Source of the DNA: Botryllus schlosseri
Lineage: Eukaryota
DNA length: 64,000 nt
NCBI GenBank assembly: GCA_051294905.1
Contig: CM119371.1
Location: forward strand, 31,558,001 to 31,622,000
Reading direction: 5' to 3'
Positions within the stretch are counted from its first letter, which is position 1, and the number at the start of each line of letters is the position of its first letter. This document shows positions 48,690-62,696 of this stretch, piece after piece. The notes beneath the pieces were generated by a model. That model worked only from the letters and a program-made list of their open reading frames with translations. It was not told where the DNA came from and searched no databases. The position numbers were made by a program, and so were the translations under genes.

Positions 48690-49614
48690 CTGTATCGATT
48701 TGATTGAAATGCTTACCATGATAATTTCGGTAAATCACACGAATATATGCAAGAAATAATTGATACCTAACCTTCAATGCAGATGATTAATACCATGGCC
48801 GCAGTTCCAATGTAAACATGAAGCATCCTCCATTTTAACATTGAGCTTTTGATGTTTCGTGCTGGTGTCATTGATGCCTTAGATCACGGGTCGCTGACTT
48901 AAAAGTGGTCGTATGACACGTTCCAAATTTCGTAGTAGCTGCGGGTCACAAGACCGCAATATCGACACGCGATAGGCACCACTTTTATGTCAGTACAACA
49001 CCGTGCTCTCTCATATGACGGTGACGGGCATAGTTACCACAAAAGAAGAGATATTTTATCAAGGAAATACGACTACAACAAAAAATATCATGATCATCAC
49101 TTTTGTTTTATTTTGAACTATGAGCTGCGCCCGATACTCGAAAACGCTTTACGGAAACTAGGGAATCGATATTCGGAATAGTGAGGCACGATGCTAGCTG
49201 AAATACTATCTCATTGAATGCTTGATCTTGTGGGGATGCCCTAACCAGTTTTCAAGCATTTCGAATTTGGAACTGTCTGGGCCATTAAACACCAAGGCAA
49301 TGTGCCCAATCATATCAGCTGATTATCCCTTGATGGAATGCTGTTGCCACCCCCGAAGTCGTTTCAGCTAGTGAGGAATAGTGATGTTGGGCACAGGAGA
49401 ATAGCTCATTTTGAATACAACAGCAACAGCAACAACAACAATATTTTGAAAATAAAATCAATTTCAGCATTTCAAAATGCTTTACTTAACGTGTTTTCGA
49501 AATTTGAAATCAGATCGCGGGCGGTGAAATAATACATTGTGGGTCGCATGCGGCCCGGGGACCGAGTGTTAGTGACCTCTGCTTTAGATATCGAAAATAA
49601 CTAGCTCTTATAAC

Positions 49615-52600
49615 TAGAGGCCGACCGATATTGGATTTCTGAGCCGATACCGATAAGACCGATATCCAGTACCTCCACCGATAACCCCGATATATTCAGC
49701 CGATATTCAAAAGATATGGAATCTAGTTCAAGGCCCATATTTAACACCTCAGAGCATTTATTTCAACAACTTTACAGCCATTGATATGCTAGAACATGAA
49801 ATACATGATCTAGTGGCTATAAAAATATATCAAAAGCACCAATCCAGCAGTTGCAGATTACAGTTCACGAAGCACAATTTCTCGGCCCTTTCTCCTCGGA
49901 GTGAACTTCTGTGGTCTTCCATAAATGATGTATATAGTACTAAACACAGTGAGCAGTCTTTCACTTGGTACCATAGTTAGTGGCACAGCAAGAATTGGAA
50001 ATCTTTCTTCATTTCGGTGCCACCGCTCCCTTGCAGGGGATCTTTCCTTCAATAGTTTCACCAAATATTAATATTGATATTCTTCTGGCAGTGTACCTGG
50101 AGCCTTCAGCACATCATTACCAAATAACTGAAGAGAATGTGCAAAGCAACTGAAATTGTCCACGTCTGCAACTGCTCCACCCGTCCCCCTTGGGCCTTGA
50201 CCATGACCAGCATTTCAACAATCAATTGATCAATATTTTACGCTCTTTTAGTCAGAATTGGCCAATGTTATCGTGGAATCCAAAATTTTCTTATCAATTA
50301 TTGGCTTTACTCCACGTTTGCTTGATTTTCTTACCCTCTATGCTCGCATATTTCCTATCATGGTGGCCCCGCAGGCCTCAGTCAGAAGACTTCATACATT
50401 ACTGGTATAATTAGCGGGGCTGATGCACGATGCAACGTGACTCGTAGAAATGCAAGGCCAAGGATATAGGAGCATGTGCATTTTCCGCTCGCATATCTGT
50501 TGTCACGATGCACAGTGCACACTATAGCCTATGACGACAGTGTCATACAAATGATCGCATGATCTCATGCATGATCGCAGCTTCATATGATTCATATTTC
50601 CGACAGTTAATCACCGAGCATATGGATATTTTTTCACAAGAGCTTCCCTCATTTTAAATTAACAATCCACCGAATATTAGCCAATCTCCAGGCCATCAGA
50701 ATTGTACCAATTTTCGCTTTGCAGATCTAAATTATACACTAACAGGTTGCGGCATTATGCTACTCAGATAGTCCATTCATATTTACCATTATGTACAACA
50801 ATAGGACACTCAGAAACTCTATTTTGCGTTATTCGCTATATACTATATACATATATATACGGTACTATATAACCATACAATAAATCACTTCATTCCATCA
50901 ATTTTAACAATGCACTGTGATTGAGTCCTAGCCTAAAATGAGGTATGGATCGGGAATTGACTACATAAATATATCGACGATCCATTCTTATTAATTCACC
51001 CTTTCGTCTGGATGTATAGAACATTTGCAAGTCAAGTCATTTTATATGGAATCTCATTACGCTTATAGCAATCCTATTCAGACGTTTGTCCTATCGCATG
51101 ACCATACCTAGACGCACGGCCATCACTCTCCCCCCACTTTTTTTAAAAGGGTAGGTTGTTTTATATAATTCCCTAATACACTACGCATTTTGTAACTGTG
51201 AAACTCTTGTTATTGGCTTCATCGCTGCATTCAGTTGTTCTATCCCTCTCCAATTATAAGGTGAACACACGAATCGAGGGATCGATTCATCTTTTAGTTC
51301 TATTCTACATGAATACTTCATGGCTGGTTTCCCCCGCAAATGCCCGACAAGATCTTCCAATTCTGTGGCAAACGGCTCATACACCGCTCTCCATGTTTTT
51401 TCGTCTATAATAGTATTGGCGTCGTCATTAAGATCGGGCTGTTGGAATGGCGCTTTTGACAGCAATACGGATTGCTTACGAAGCTCTTCCAATTCCAATC
51501 TAACCTCTATATCCGATTCATTTTGCAACACATATTCCGTTATTGGACCATCGAATACCTTTCGCGGGAAATATTTTGGCCTTTTATTTGTCGTTAGAAA
51601 CGAGGCAAATAACTCTCCACTATGAGATTTTTGATGCTTCGGTACGCTTACGTCAACATCCACTTCGGGGCCTATTGGATTGAAAAGATCTTGCGCCCTA
51701 AAACTTTTCGACCCGTCGCACTCACATTTTACACCGAATGTGACCAAATTCCGTGCCTGCACTTCACCACTATTTTCAGCGCATGTCCTATCGGCGCTGT
51801 CACTATTATATTGGCACGGGTGCGACTTTACAATTTCTAACGACCTAACATTCGAAACAGCCTCGCGATTGCTGTTTTTCACGTTATCTCCTTGTTTGGC
51901 CAAAGTTTTTATCTCCCGCCCTTCACCATCATATTCTATTACGGCATGTGTCGACAATGAACACGGAACACCTATTTCGGACTGAGTCAGCTCTTTAACA
52001 CCGTATCAATTGAAGGCAGCGGTATAACCTTGTCTATCCAATGATATCAAATAATATTTAACGGGACATTACCACACGCAAAAGGAATTGAAACCCCATC
52101 AATTTCTATATATATCAATGACTCGACCTGTGACGACCCACCTATACCTTCTATTGTCGATGTAGCCAATTACCCGCGTATAAAGCTAATTTCCTCTACG
52201 ATCGGATAATTATCTGCCAAAACTTCGATTTTGTAGCTTAGTCAAATCATAGCTGTCCAATCGGGAAATAGTCTAGCCTACTATTCCAGAGTACTACTCA
52301 AATAGTTTTTTTTTACATGCAGACATATACAACGTTGTCTCTACTTCTACTTGAGTATCAACGCTGACTACTTTGACCAGCGTAAAATTTATTTCCTCTA
52401 TCTAATCAAGTTATCCGGGCAAACTAGATAGAATTGAAGATAATAATTGTTGATGCGCCTTTATATCGACTTCATGGGCATCAGCAGTGGACAATGTAGG
52501 CCTACGACATTTTCTAAAATACCATCAGCAACTGTATCGACATGTAACATGTATCGGAAAACAGCTATCATGCACCAAATAATCAGCCTATTACTGGGTG

Positions 52601-55600
52601 ATATCAATATTGTTTCTTCCGCAGTAATAAATTGTTTTTTATCGATCATTTTTGGACGCTAAGAAGGTAATAATACCTGTGGCACCTTCTCTCGATCGAG
52701 GGGCGTACAGAAAGTCCCCTGTACAATGTGAGGATTTGCGTTCGCATTGAGTGACACTCTTTCTGTCATTGACCGTGGTGTTGGGTGATTTCCAGATCCC
52801 AACTTCATATCTTCTGTGACTTCGGGCGACGACTGACGGGACCCACACTTCGGAAGAGGTGTTACTGGTTTGACTTTTGCCGGCGTCGGCATTTCTAACA
52901 GATTTGCAACCCGGTGTATGATTTCACTCCTGGCCACTCCAGATTTTGGTTGGCTCCTTAAGATTGGTTCAAGCGAATCGGCAATATTTTTGGTACTCAC
53001 TTTCCGGACGGTAGTCAAATAAGTTGTCGCTTGTTTGACGTCTTTTCTGGCTTTTTTGAATAGTTTTGCCGTCTTATGTAGAATGGACGTCACCTTTTTC
53101 ACGAATTTTGTTTGATGCTGGACACGTGCTGTCAGCTGACCTTCATTAGCCCGAGTCGTTAGCTGTAATTGTTGAGTGGTCTTCATCAGTTGGGTGTTTT
53201 TGCGAAGGGTGCGAGTGTCCTCTTTACGTTTTCGTAGCCAAAATAACTTCATGATTGATTACCGCTCACCTCCCCACTCTTCAGAAATATGTGAAAGTCC
53301 ACTCTCTTCTGAAGACGAATAATCCAGAAGCAACAATGATTACCAGGCGCCTTGAATTACAATTCCTCAGGGTGCCTCCAAATGTTTGTAGTAGAAATAT
53401 CTTGCCTACAATCTTGTCAGTAGGAAGATATTGTTTTTGCCTGGTTCTTTTGCTTGTAATCCAATTTTGGTGAATCACTGTTGCTGGAAGTGCAGTCTTC
53501 GAAGTGTCTTGAACTTTCAATGACCTTAGGGTCCAGTCTTAGCTAGCATATTTGTACGTATTTGACCTTGGTACCTTAATACAACCAAATACTCCAATAT
53601 TAGAATTTACACTCAAATAGCGATGTTACCATAGCAACAATACATTCACAAAATCCATCCAACTGTTACTAAAGTTTTCTAAAATCGTGCAATTCAACAC
53701 ATATGCGATTAAGACCATATTTCAACAGCAATTCCACGTATCCTATACTCTATTTCATGTATTCAATTGACCCAGGGCCAAAGCATTCTGGTGAAGGGCT
53801 TGTTACATCTTCATATTATCGTTTAAGGCTGATCAAGGTTTTTTGTGTATTTGTATAATCTCGAATACACTAGGGTGTTACTTATCTAATTTTATGACAG
53901 TTCTCCCAAGCAACTTGTCTTGGTTTTATAACCGTCTAACCTCACTCAAGTGTAGGGGTCCTAGTCGCTGGGCGTGGACTAGTTATGACGCACACTAAAT
54001 AATTCACACAAAATCACACAATTTCTAATATACGTTGATCCAAAAAAATGCAATACTTACTTACACATATATACGTAATCACTTTATTGACCGTTTTTTT
54101 CTGGGGAGACGCAAAGTGTGGATATAATATGACGCATAATATATAATACATACAGTACATATATCGCCAATTCACTGTAACGCCTTTTCACTGCAAAAGT
54201 TCGCAGACACCGAAAATGACGGAGCCATCATTATAAAGCATCTTAATATTTGCATGTATTGTACATAACAACTACAGATAAGCCGGGAATAGCCATTAGC
54301 CTAATCCTTCGCATTAGCCACTAGTCTAATCCTTTACATTAGCTTCGGACACCTTTGTTACGCATAACAAGCGTGTCAGATTTGGGTTGTATACAAGGTG
54401 GTTTTCACTAATCACCTAGCTATCGATAGTTAGTTGACCCAAAACGATCACCTAATTTTTAATGGCCTGCTTCGAGAATAGTCATCTGCCTACGACCCTA
54501 TAGCCTACACTCTGTCGTAATTATTTTCTGGGCTACAATATTGATACTATTTCCAGAGAATATTAGATAATGTTTCCTTATAAGGTGGGTAATCACACCT
54601 TTGTTGTTTAGCAACAACACACGTGTGCTTAAAGGCGTCTTATGGGCCGCCGTGGCAGTTAGTTTCAACTTCAACGAAAGCTGTGTACCTTATACATAAA
54701 CACCAATCCATAATCTATATGGCTATCGCCAACAGATATATGTCGTCCTAATTTTTACAGGCATGCTTGCTCCTTGGTATATTACGGATATTCAATTAAT
54801 GCAGTAAAGCATACAGGAATTTACAGTTCAAACATAAGATTACGCCATACTCTTTTCAATTACCGTGCCTCATCTCCAATCTAATCTTTGGAGTGCAAAA
54901 TAAGTAAGTCAAGAAATACGAAATACAATGCATTACAGGCTATATACATTAAAATTAGTATTTCACCATATAGGCGAATATACGATTCATAAGTGTTTAC
55001 AAAGTGCGAATAATGATACAGGACGAGTGGCCACTATTGCTTGACACAAATTGACACCATATTGCTTTAAAAGGGTCATATAAAGACACCATAAAACAGA
55101 GTCTAATAACTCGGTTCACAAGCATTATGTTATTTCGATATCTCAGCTCAACGTGGATTTTTTCTAACAAAATGACATTCAAACATTAATACAATGCGTC
55201 AAGACTGCTTACTACAACTATACACTTTCGGTAAATATTATTTTTGATTAGCCTATATCTAGGTACTCGATCCTTATCCATTATGAGCTCCTAGTACTAA
55301 AGACATATTTTATTCATTTCCGAAATATGCTCAATTTCAAATCTTCAACTTTTTACTACATTCTGACACTAGTCAACAACATCTTTACAATTAATACAAC
55401 TAATCTTGCTCGCATGATGCTTTTACTGGCAAAATACGGTTCATTTGTTATCATTACATTTGCATTTCAAGATCCGACTATATACTTCTGATTTCCGTTA
55501 ACACTATCCTATTTCTCGAATCCAAAAAGGTCTGGAATCACCGTCCTGTTTAGATCCGCGCTAATACAATAATGACGGCGACTAACGTATTATCCTATAT

Positions 55601-56794
55601 TTAATGTGTGACGATCAACATCTGGCCATATGTCCAAGCTTCCGGTATTTAAATTCAGCTAACTTCCTCATCGCATCCCTCGGGAATTTAACTTGGTGAT
55701 GTATTTTCTAGTTTATGATGTCATCAACCGCAATTTAATTTCAATTTGGGTTTTCAACAAATAAAAAGATTCATATAAACCTTTTGTGTTGCATCGTTAC
55801 AGTCCGTAGATTTTGATAATAATCCGTGATATCTCAAAACATACGCAACGGTCCGAATTTTAGATAGCGCCAATTAGCCATAGTTGCTATGCATTCATCA
55901 GCGTAACTATATCCTAGAATTACGGGTCCCTAATTGTGGATCTTTTGGTTATAATAACTGTGATTCCACGGTTTTTCCCGCTTTTATACCGACTCGTTAT
56001 ATGTCAGTCTCTATTCTACTTGCCCCACATTATAGTTCGCCTGCAAACATATTCACATATTTTATATCGGTATTTGTGATAAATTACATCGGTATTTGTA
56101 ATAAATAACATAAATTCACGGGGCTCGATTTTATAGAACTACTAAAGTAGTATTAACACCTTTATTTCCCATTTCTGCCTTAAAAGCAGACAGGTTAATG
56201 TAATTTCCATCCGGTAAAAAGCAGTGTGCCCATTAATAATTTTCCGTTTATGATACGGCGGATTTTGCCTGAGCGCCGGGACCGAAATACCGTTGACTTA
56301 GGGCAGATCGTGCACAAGCTCCTAATTAGCTCTGTTGGTACCGAACCAATAGCCCTATCTTCCGAGAAATGTTTAGACGCGACCCTTTTCTCTATCATCA
56401 CGAGGGTCGGTCCAGCATGATTGAAGTTCTCATTTCTCTTACTGATTGAAATCTTCAGCAGCAATCCACCTGCTCTCTGTCTTTGGTGATCGATTACTGC
56501 AGGAGGATTCCCACGAAGTCAGTGGGGCATAACGGTGGTTAGTTATATATAATATTTTTCAGATAGGCACGCCTACTGCCTGTATGTAGTATGCACTATA
56601 TGCAGCTTGGCCATTTATTTTTGTAATTTACCGTCCTCACGTCGTCTATCGACTTCTCTGACTCCCTTCCACCATGTTGTGACGTCACGAAAATGGCCGA
56701 TATTTTTTTACCTTCAATGGCCGATACCGATATTTCTCTCAAAGCGTGATATCGACTCGATATTATCGGCGAGCCGATAATCGGTCGGGCTCTA
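49615..56794 (-). mobile_element. 7,180-bp non-autonomous hAT element with transposase remnants and a large internal cargo
   Basis: TIRs TAGAGGCCGACCGAT / ATCGGTCGGGCTCTA; perfect TSD cttataac; CCGATA subterminal repeats; remnants CFAHSLQL and W.RNEERFPILA..MVPSERL at ~49830-50150. Confidence 0.85.
51181..53520 (-). pseudogene. Degenerate Ty3/Gypsy-like gag-protease-pre-RT remnant lacking RT, RNaseH and integrase
   Basis: Basic Lys-rich ORF 52659-53252; protease-flap-like TIEGIGGSSQVESLIYIEIDG (~52050-52160, after frameshifts); pre-RT-linker-like DLVGHL..CRIELKDESIPRFVCSPY; PPT-like tract at 51126-51144 followed by TG. No second LTR found. Confidence 0.5.
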
Positions 56795-58479
56795 CTTATA
56801 ACGCTACATAGGAAATTGTTAACTGTAAAATTCGAATACTTTTCCTTCCGACAAGTCCGCCTGAATATATTTCAGGAATCAATCTTGTTTTAAGCATTGC
56901 GATTTCATATAGTTGGATGCTAAAGTTGTTATCAGGGAAGGCTAAATCTATCAACATCAGATCTCTGCATGACCTATATAGCTATAGTAGAAGTGCATAA
57001 CTGTCAGATTAAAACTTGAGACATATCCTGATCACGAGAAAAGGAAACAGTTACACAGGTTTTGTCATACTCAGACTAAATGATGCGGCAAAGATATATT
57101 ATTTTAATAGCGAATTTCAAAATTATTTCGTCAATACCTTGGTACTACGTACGAAATCAAGACAACGAGAGCTTCTGCGCATCACACTTCAAGCGACGGC
57201 CTTCTATCAATAATTTGGTAGTTTCGTCACGGGAAGTCGAAACAAACTAATTGACGTATAGGAATATCAGATCAGTATTCGCCAAGTTTGTACAGGCCAT
57301 CGCAAAGTCGACAGCGTTGACAGTAATCGATCAATGAATGATCTAAAACTGATTCATGCACTTCAGGTCAATACGACACAGGCCAGTACGTAGTTTTTAA
57401 TATAGTCTCAATAATACGCCACGTTGTTGCACACGCAACGGGAAAATACTAAAGTTAAATAACATTGGATCGTAAATCCTCGTAAGTACTACTCGTCTGC
57501 ATTAGAACGATTTCGGCCGAAAATTCCGATAGGCATTGTTGCGTTCACTACAAAATAAAGTTCCTCATAATAATGCTCTCATTACATCCAATAGATGGAA
57601 ATCAGATCCGTGCTTTCTCGTTCCATTCCTTTGTAGCTATTAGCCACGCAGGCTTTCTCTAATTGTCGCTCGCAAAACTATACCCGTGGCTAAGCCATGT
57701 ATACAATCAATGGTCAATCGTTTGTATAAGGACGTTTAAATCGTTTTCTGGGCAGGTCCTACCATCAATAACTACTCTTATACCTTCACCTCCGATAGCT
57801 ATGTTACTACTCATGACTATATGCGATTGATGTTGGGTAAAATCGGTATGGCATCACAAAAACTATTTGCTGTTTGACTAGAATTACTCGATTTCTTGAA
57901 TCGTTTCGCCTGGACACACTTATTATTTGGTTAGTTATTACGGCAATGCTCCTGTCTCATTCCTAGAATAAGATTCTTGACAGGAGTGGCATGGCATGAC
58001 ATATCTCCTACACTCTTCGCTGAAAAAAAAACGCCTTGTCAATTTATTCTGATAACATCATAGCTATCAACCAAGATAGTTAGCAGTAACCTATTTTGAT
58101 ATCTTGCCTGAATTGAAAACCGATAGGTGATTATCATGGACGGATGGCTAATGTTACAACTCGCGTGAAAACGATGAAAGAAATTGTGGCATCGAGAGAA
58201 ATAATTTAATATTCATCCAATGTTCGCTTGTCGCTTGGCAAAGATGGACTGGAAAAACAAGTTTGCCTTATTTATATGGTATGTGGATATAAATGGTTTC
58301 ATAATGCTTGACGTTTATTGTGTTGTGCACCAGGCTTGGACGTCTATTCTGTATTGCAAATATTAAGACCGGAATAACCATATGCTACCGATATTACCTC
58401 ATGAATATGTGATTAAGTATAGCCAACGGAACTATGTGGAAGGAGTGATTTCTTGTGATTCAATTGCTATTCATACATT

Positions 58480-58717
58480 GCCACATTGCCTTTATTTGGA
58501 ATATGGATTACGCATGAGAGTTACGTCGGTAGCGTAATCGTGGCATATTAATGTACAGACTTCAAAGTAAATGAATTTCCTGTTCAATTGATACAGCCTA
58601 TGGTTTAAGTCATTCAAAAAGCAAGTTTTATTTTTTGAATTCCAAGCAACTTTCGCGGTCTGCACAAAATAGCTTCGCGGCCGCATTTGGCCCGCGGGCC
58701 ACACTTTGCCCAGGCCT
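58480..58717 (-). mobile_element. Inverted partial copy of the 16185 hAT family
   Basis: Ends TTTGCCCAGGCCTG; reverse complement matches 16185-16390. Left boundary approximate. Confidence 0.72.
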
Positions 58718-59313
58718 GCAATAAACATACTAAATAACGATGGATCCGAGCGCTTGTTAGATATTTTACATTAAACAACCCTGTTTATATTCTTTATATC
58801 GAATTCGTTTTTCGTTGATTACCCACTTGCAGTGTATATCGTCCTTTATCTTGTATGATTGCGGGTCAAGCTCATACTCACAGCAGGGAGTCTTTCAATG
58901 TTCACAAACAGAAAGCTGAATATTTCGAGCAATCTTTTGTAACAAAGCACGTTAAATGGCTGGCAAGGTACATGCTCGTTTAGAGTTGAATTTGTTTTTT
59001 AAGCAGACTGCAACATGCAAATAGTGATCTGAAGTTGAAATGCAAAGACTTTCAACCGATGACGATTTAATGAAGTGAGAAATTATAATAAATAAAAAAA
59101 GGCTCACAGTGCATAATCTAATAAAATCCGTTTCTGAACCCGAACCTCTAAGTTTCTGAGGGTCACACACCGAACGCGAACGTGAATCGTACGTTCACAC
59201 CATCCTTAGTACATAGTCATAGATTATAAAATACAAAATTAAATAGAGTTTCATTGTCCCACGCTCATCTGTACTGTATTGGGACAATATAGGGCAAAAA
59301 TTACCATTCATAA

Positions 59314-61170
59314 CACAATGTAACAACAAAAGAAAAAAAATTGTTCCCAGGTTCTAATCAATTTTCGCCTATTTCTCTGGACCAGTAAGTGTAAAAAATC
59401 AACTTTATTCCATATAAACTTTGCTTTTGTGGTTTAAAGAATGAAATTCCAAAATGTAATATTTGCCATTTTATAGATATTTCTGTTTGCAGGGTTGATT
59501 TTTGAGGTTTTGATATTTTATGATTTGCAATTGATAATTTTGTAATATTTTTTAATATAACTCGGAAGTAATTGTGGACTTAAAAATGGTGGCGATTTTG
59601 ATGGTATGCACGGAGGGTTCACCAAGTATCCTTGGAACCTTTGCCTTTCGGATAGGGCTACCACAGAACACTACGAAAAGCAAATATGGCCAAAACGAAA
59701 CGAATTTGTTGTTGAAGAAAATACCGTGAAGCAAACTCGGTTGATTAACCCAACCAAAGTGCTTATGCCTCCCCTTCACGTAAAACTTGGCCTAATAAAG
59801 CAGTTTGTGAATGCATTGAATAAAGGTGGTCACGCACTCCAGTTTCTCCAGAACTTGTTTCCTGAACTATCAGAAGCTAAAGTAGAAGTCGGTGTATTTA
59901 TTGGCACACAAATTAAAAATATTGGTCGGATGATTTTATCCAAATGCTTAATGATGTTGAAAAGAAGGCTTGGGATAGCTTTGCAGATGTGGTGAATGGG
60001 TTCATGGGTAATAATTAGGAATATAACCATGCCGAACTTGTTGCCAATTTGTTAAAGTCGTATGGAAACATGAGGTGCAGAATGTCTATGAAACTATATG
60101 CTTGATGCTTACTTGGACGAGTTCAAAGATAATATGGGAGCTTATTCATAAGAACGAGGGAAGCGATTGCATCAAGACATGGAAGATTTTGAGATGAGAT
60201 ACCAAGGGCAATATAAAGAGAGCATGATGGGAGATTATGTCTGGGCCTTAATGCGAGAAAGTAGAGATGTGGAGAATAAAAGAAAATCCCGCAAAAACAT
60301 CCATTTTTTAATAATATTATACTCGAATTGTTTTAGCCTGAAATATTAATTTAGTTTTGCATTTGACGATGGTATCGATTCGGATACAGTTAAGACATTT
60401 ATGTGCAAATTTCCATGTACCAAATGCCGCTGCTTTGTGATTTGATTTTAATAACAAAAGTTATAATTCGTTGCTTATGATTATGCAAAGTCAGAAATAA
60501 ACCTATGACTGACAGAAAATAGCCAAAAGTTGGTTCTAATTGCTTTGCGGACAATTCAGAATATTAAGTAAATACGTTTATAGAATATAACTTCTTAGTC
60601 GATGCCAAGCAACTAAAAATGGACTTACGGCCATTTCCTATTGGGCTAATCAGTAAAACCATGCACAATATTGCACATACTGGCAAATTTAAAAAACATT
60701 GTTCTCCAAACCACAAAATCAATGTTTGGAATAAGATATATTGATTTTTGGAAGTTTCCAGGTGAGACAGATCAGGAAAAATCAATTAAGACCTGGAAAT
60801 AAAAATCGTGTTACAGGATGAAATCCAGCAAAGCACTCCATTTTTAACTGATTTATACTCAAACTGTTTTAGCCTGAAATATTTATTTAGTTTTGCATTT
60901 AACATTGATTCAGATACAGTTAATACAGTTGTGTGCTAATTCCCATGTGCCATGTATCAGCGATCAAAAACAGTTTGGTAAACAATTTCCTATAGGGTAA
61001 ATCAGTACAACCGAGCCCAAAATTGCACATTCTAACAACTTCAAAAAATATCTCGCCTACTCACAAAATCAAAGTTTGGAATGAACTATATTGACTTTTG
61101 GAAGTTTCTAGGTAAGAGTGATCAGGAAATATCAATTAGAACCCGGGAACAAAAATCGTGTTACACGGTG
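59314..61170 (+). mobile_element. Chapaev3-like (CMC) DNA transposon, internally deleted, with a duplicated 3' end
   Basis: CAC...GTG termini, TAA TSD, degenerate TIRs (ttgttccc.ggttctaat); transposase remnant GGFTKYP..PPLHVKLGLIKQFV..LFPELSEAK and G.R.HQDMEDFEMRYQG..MMGDYVW (59600-60300). Superfamily call is from recalled motifs. Confidence 0.65.
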
Positions 61171-61316
61171 TAATCACTGCGGTCATTGCCAAATAAAATG
61201 TCAGGATATGAATACTTTTATCGCAATCACTGCGCGAGGAAACGGTTATGTACGTTCTCTTTGCTTTCAATTCTGTAGCTGCCATCTGATCTAACGCATG
61301 ACCTCTCAACCTAAGG

Positions 61317-62696
61317 GAGAGAGAGATTTTTATTCATCATCGCAAAATAACAAAACAGGCAACAAAATAGCATAAACTTCAGAATCACGGACACATACAA
61401 AAAAAATGGATTCAGTGTCAATTTCAAAGTAAATGAGATGTGTACGAATACGATTTACAGTTCATAGGATTGGCCAATATGTTTTACGATTGGAAGATGA
61501 AGCTGCAGCGAAGTGATCTGTTGATAATCGAGTCTACTGCAGCTGATCGAAGCAGATTGGCTATCAATTGCATACATCGTACTGCAACAGTGAATTGTAA
61601 GATTGACGGGATAAATGTAAAAGCACATGTTAGGAAAAATGGAGGAAAATAATATAAAGTGTACTGGTCTGAAGCAAACAAGATATGTTGACCGGTACTA
61701 GTTCACACTAAAAATACATTTTAGCTTTTGTATGATTCAATAAGGAAGGCAGGATACATGGTTTTAAATACATATAAAGTATTGCTCCTAATATGCGAAG
61801 GAATGGAGTTCCATATTAGAGGCAATGGTTTTGTGATGGGCCCTAGGTAAATACAGATTCATAACAGAACCTCTTGTAAAATGAGAATGATGTTCACTGA
61901 TAGGTGTAAAGTAGTTCGAGAAAATGTCAGGTAGGGTGTTATTGTAGAACTTATGCATCAGAATGCCGACTTCAAATCTGTAAATATCATCAATTTTCAG
62001 GATTTTTAAATGATAATATAAAGGGTTAACGTGATCTCTACGATTGGCAAGGCATATTAGTTTGATGGCTTTATTTTGCAGGCTCCTAACTCGATCCAAA
62101 TGTTTCTCCCATGTGGATCCCCAGAGAATGATACCATAAGTTAGATGAGAGTGAAATAGGGTATGATAAATCATTATTCGTGTGGATTGACGTAAAATAA
62201 AACGTGACTTTCGAATGATACCTATGGTTTTAGATAGCTTGTTGCAAATAGAGGTTATATGTTCACCCCATGTCAGATTGTTATCAATAACTATACCTAA
62301 ATAATGTATGCTTTTCTGTAGAATCAGGCTTTCCCTATTCAGCCTTATATCAAAATTACTATTCGAAGTCCTTCCAAAGAGCATACAGTGAGTTTTTGAG
62401 GTATTTATGGTTAATCTATTATTATTCATCCAATCCAATATTTTTTGCAGATTTGAGTTGCAAGAGGACTCTAAGTCAGTTATATTGTTCGACGACAGCA
62501 TCAGAGATGTGTCATCTGCAAATAATTGGATAGTAAAGTCAGAGGCATTATTTAAGTCATTTATATAGATCAAAAACAAGAAGGGACCTAAAACGGATCC
62601 TTGTGGTACACCCATTTCAACTATTGATTTATCAGATGAAAATTCGTTACTTTTGACACGCGTACAACGCGGCACGAAAAGGAGTCGTGGATACAA
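61317..62696 (-). mobile_element. 5'-truncated non-LTR retrotransposon (CR1/L2-like RT C-terminal half)
   Basis: GVPQGSVLGPFLFLIYINDL, FADDT, YLGIVID..LTW..HI; 3' end AATAAA followed by a (TC)n tail at ~61317. Confidence 0.88.
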
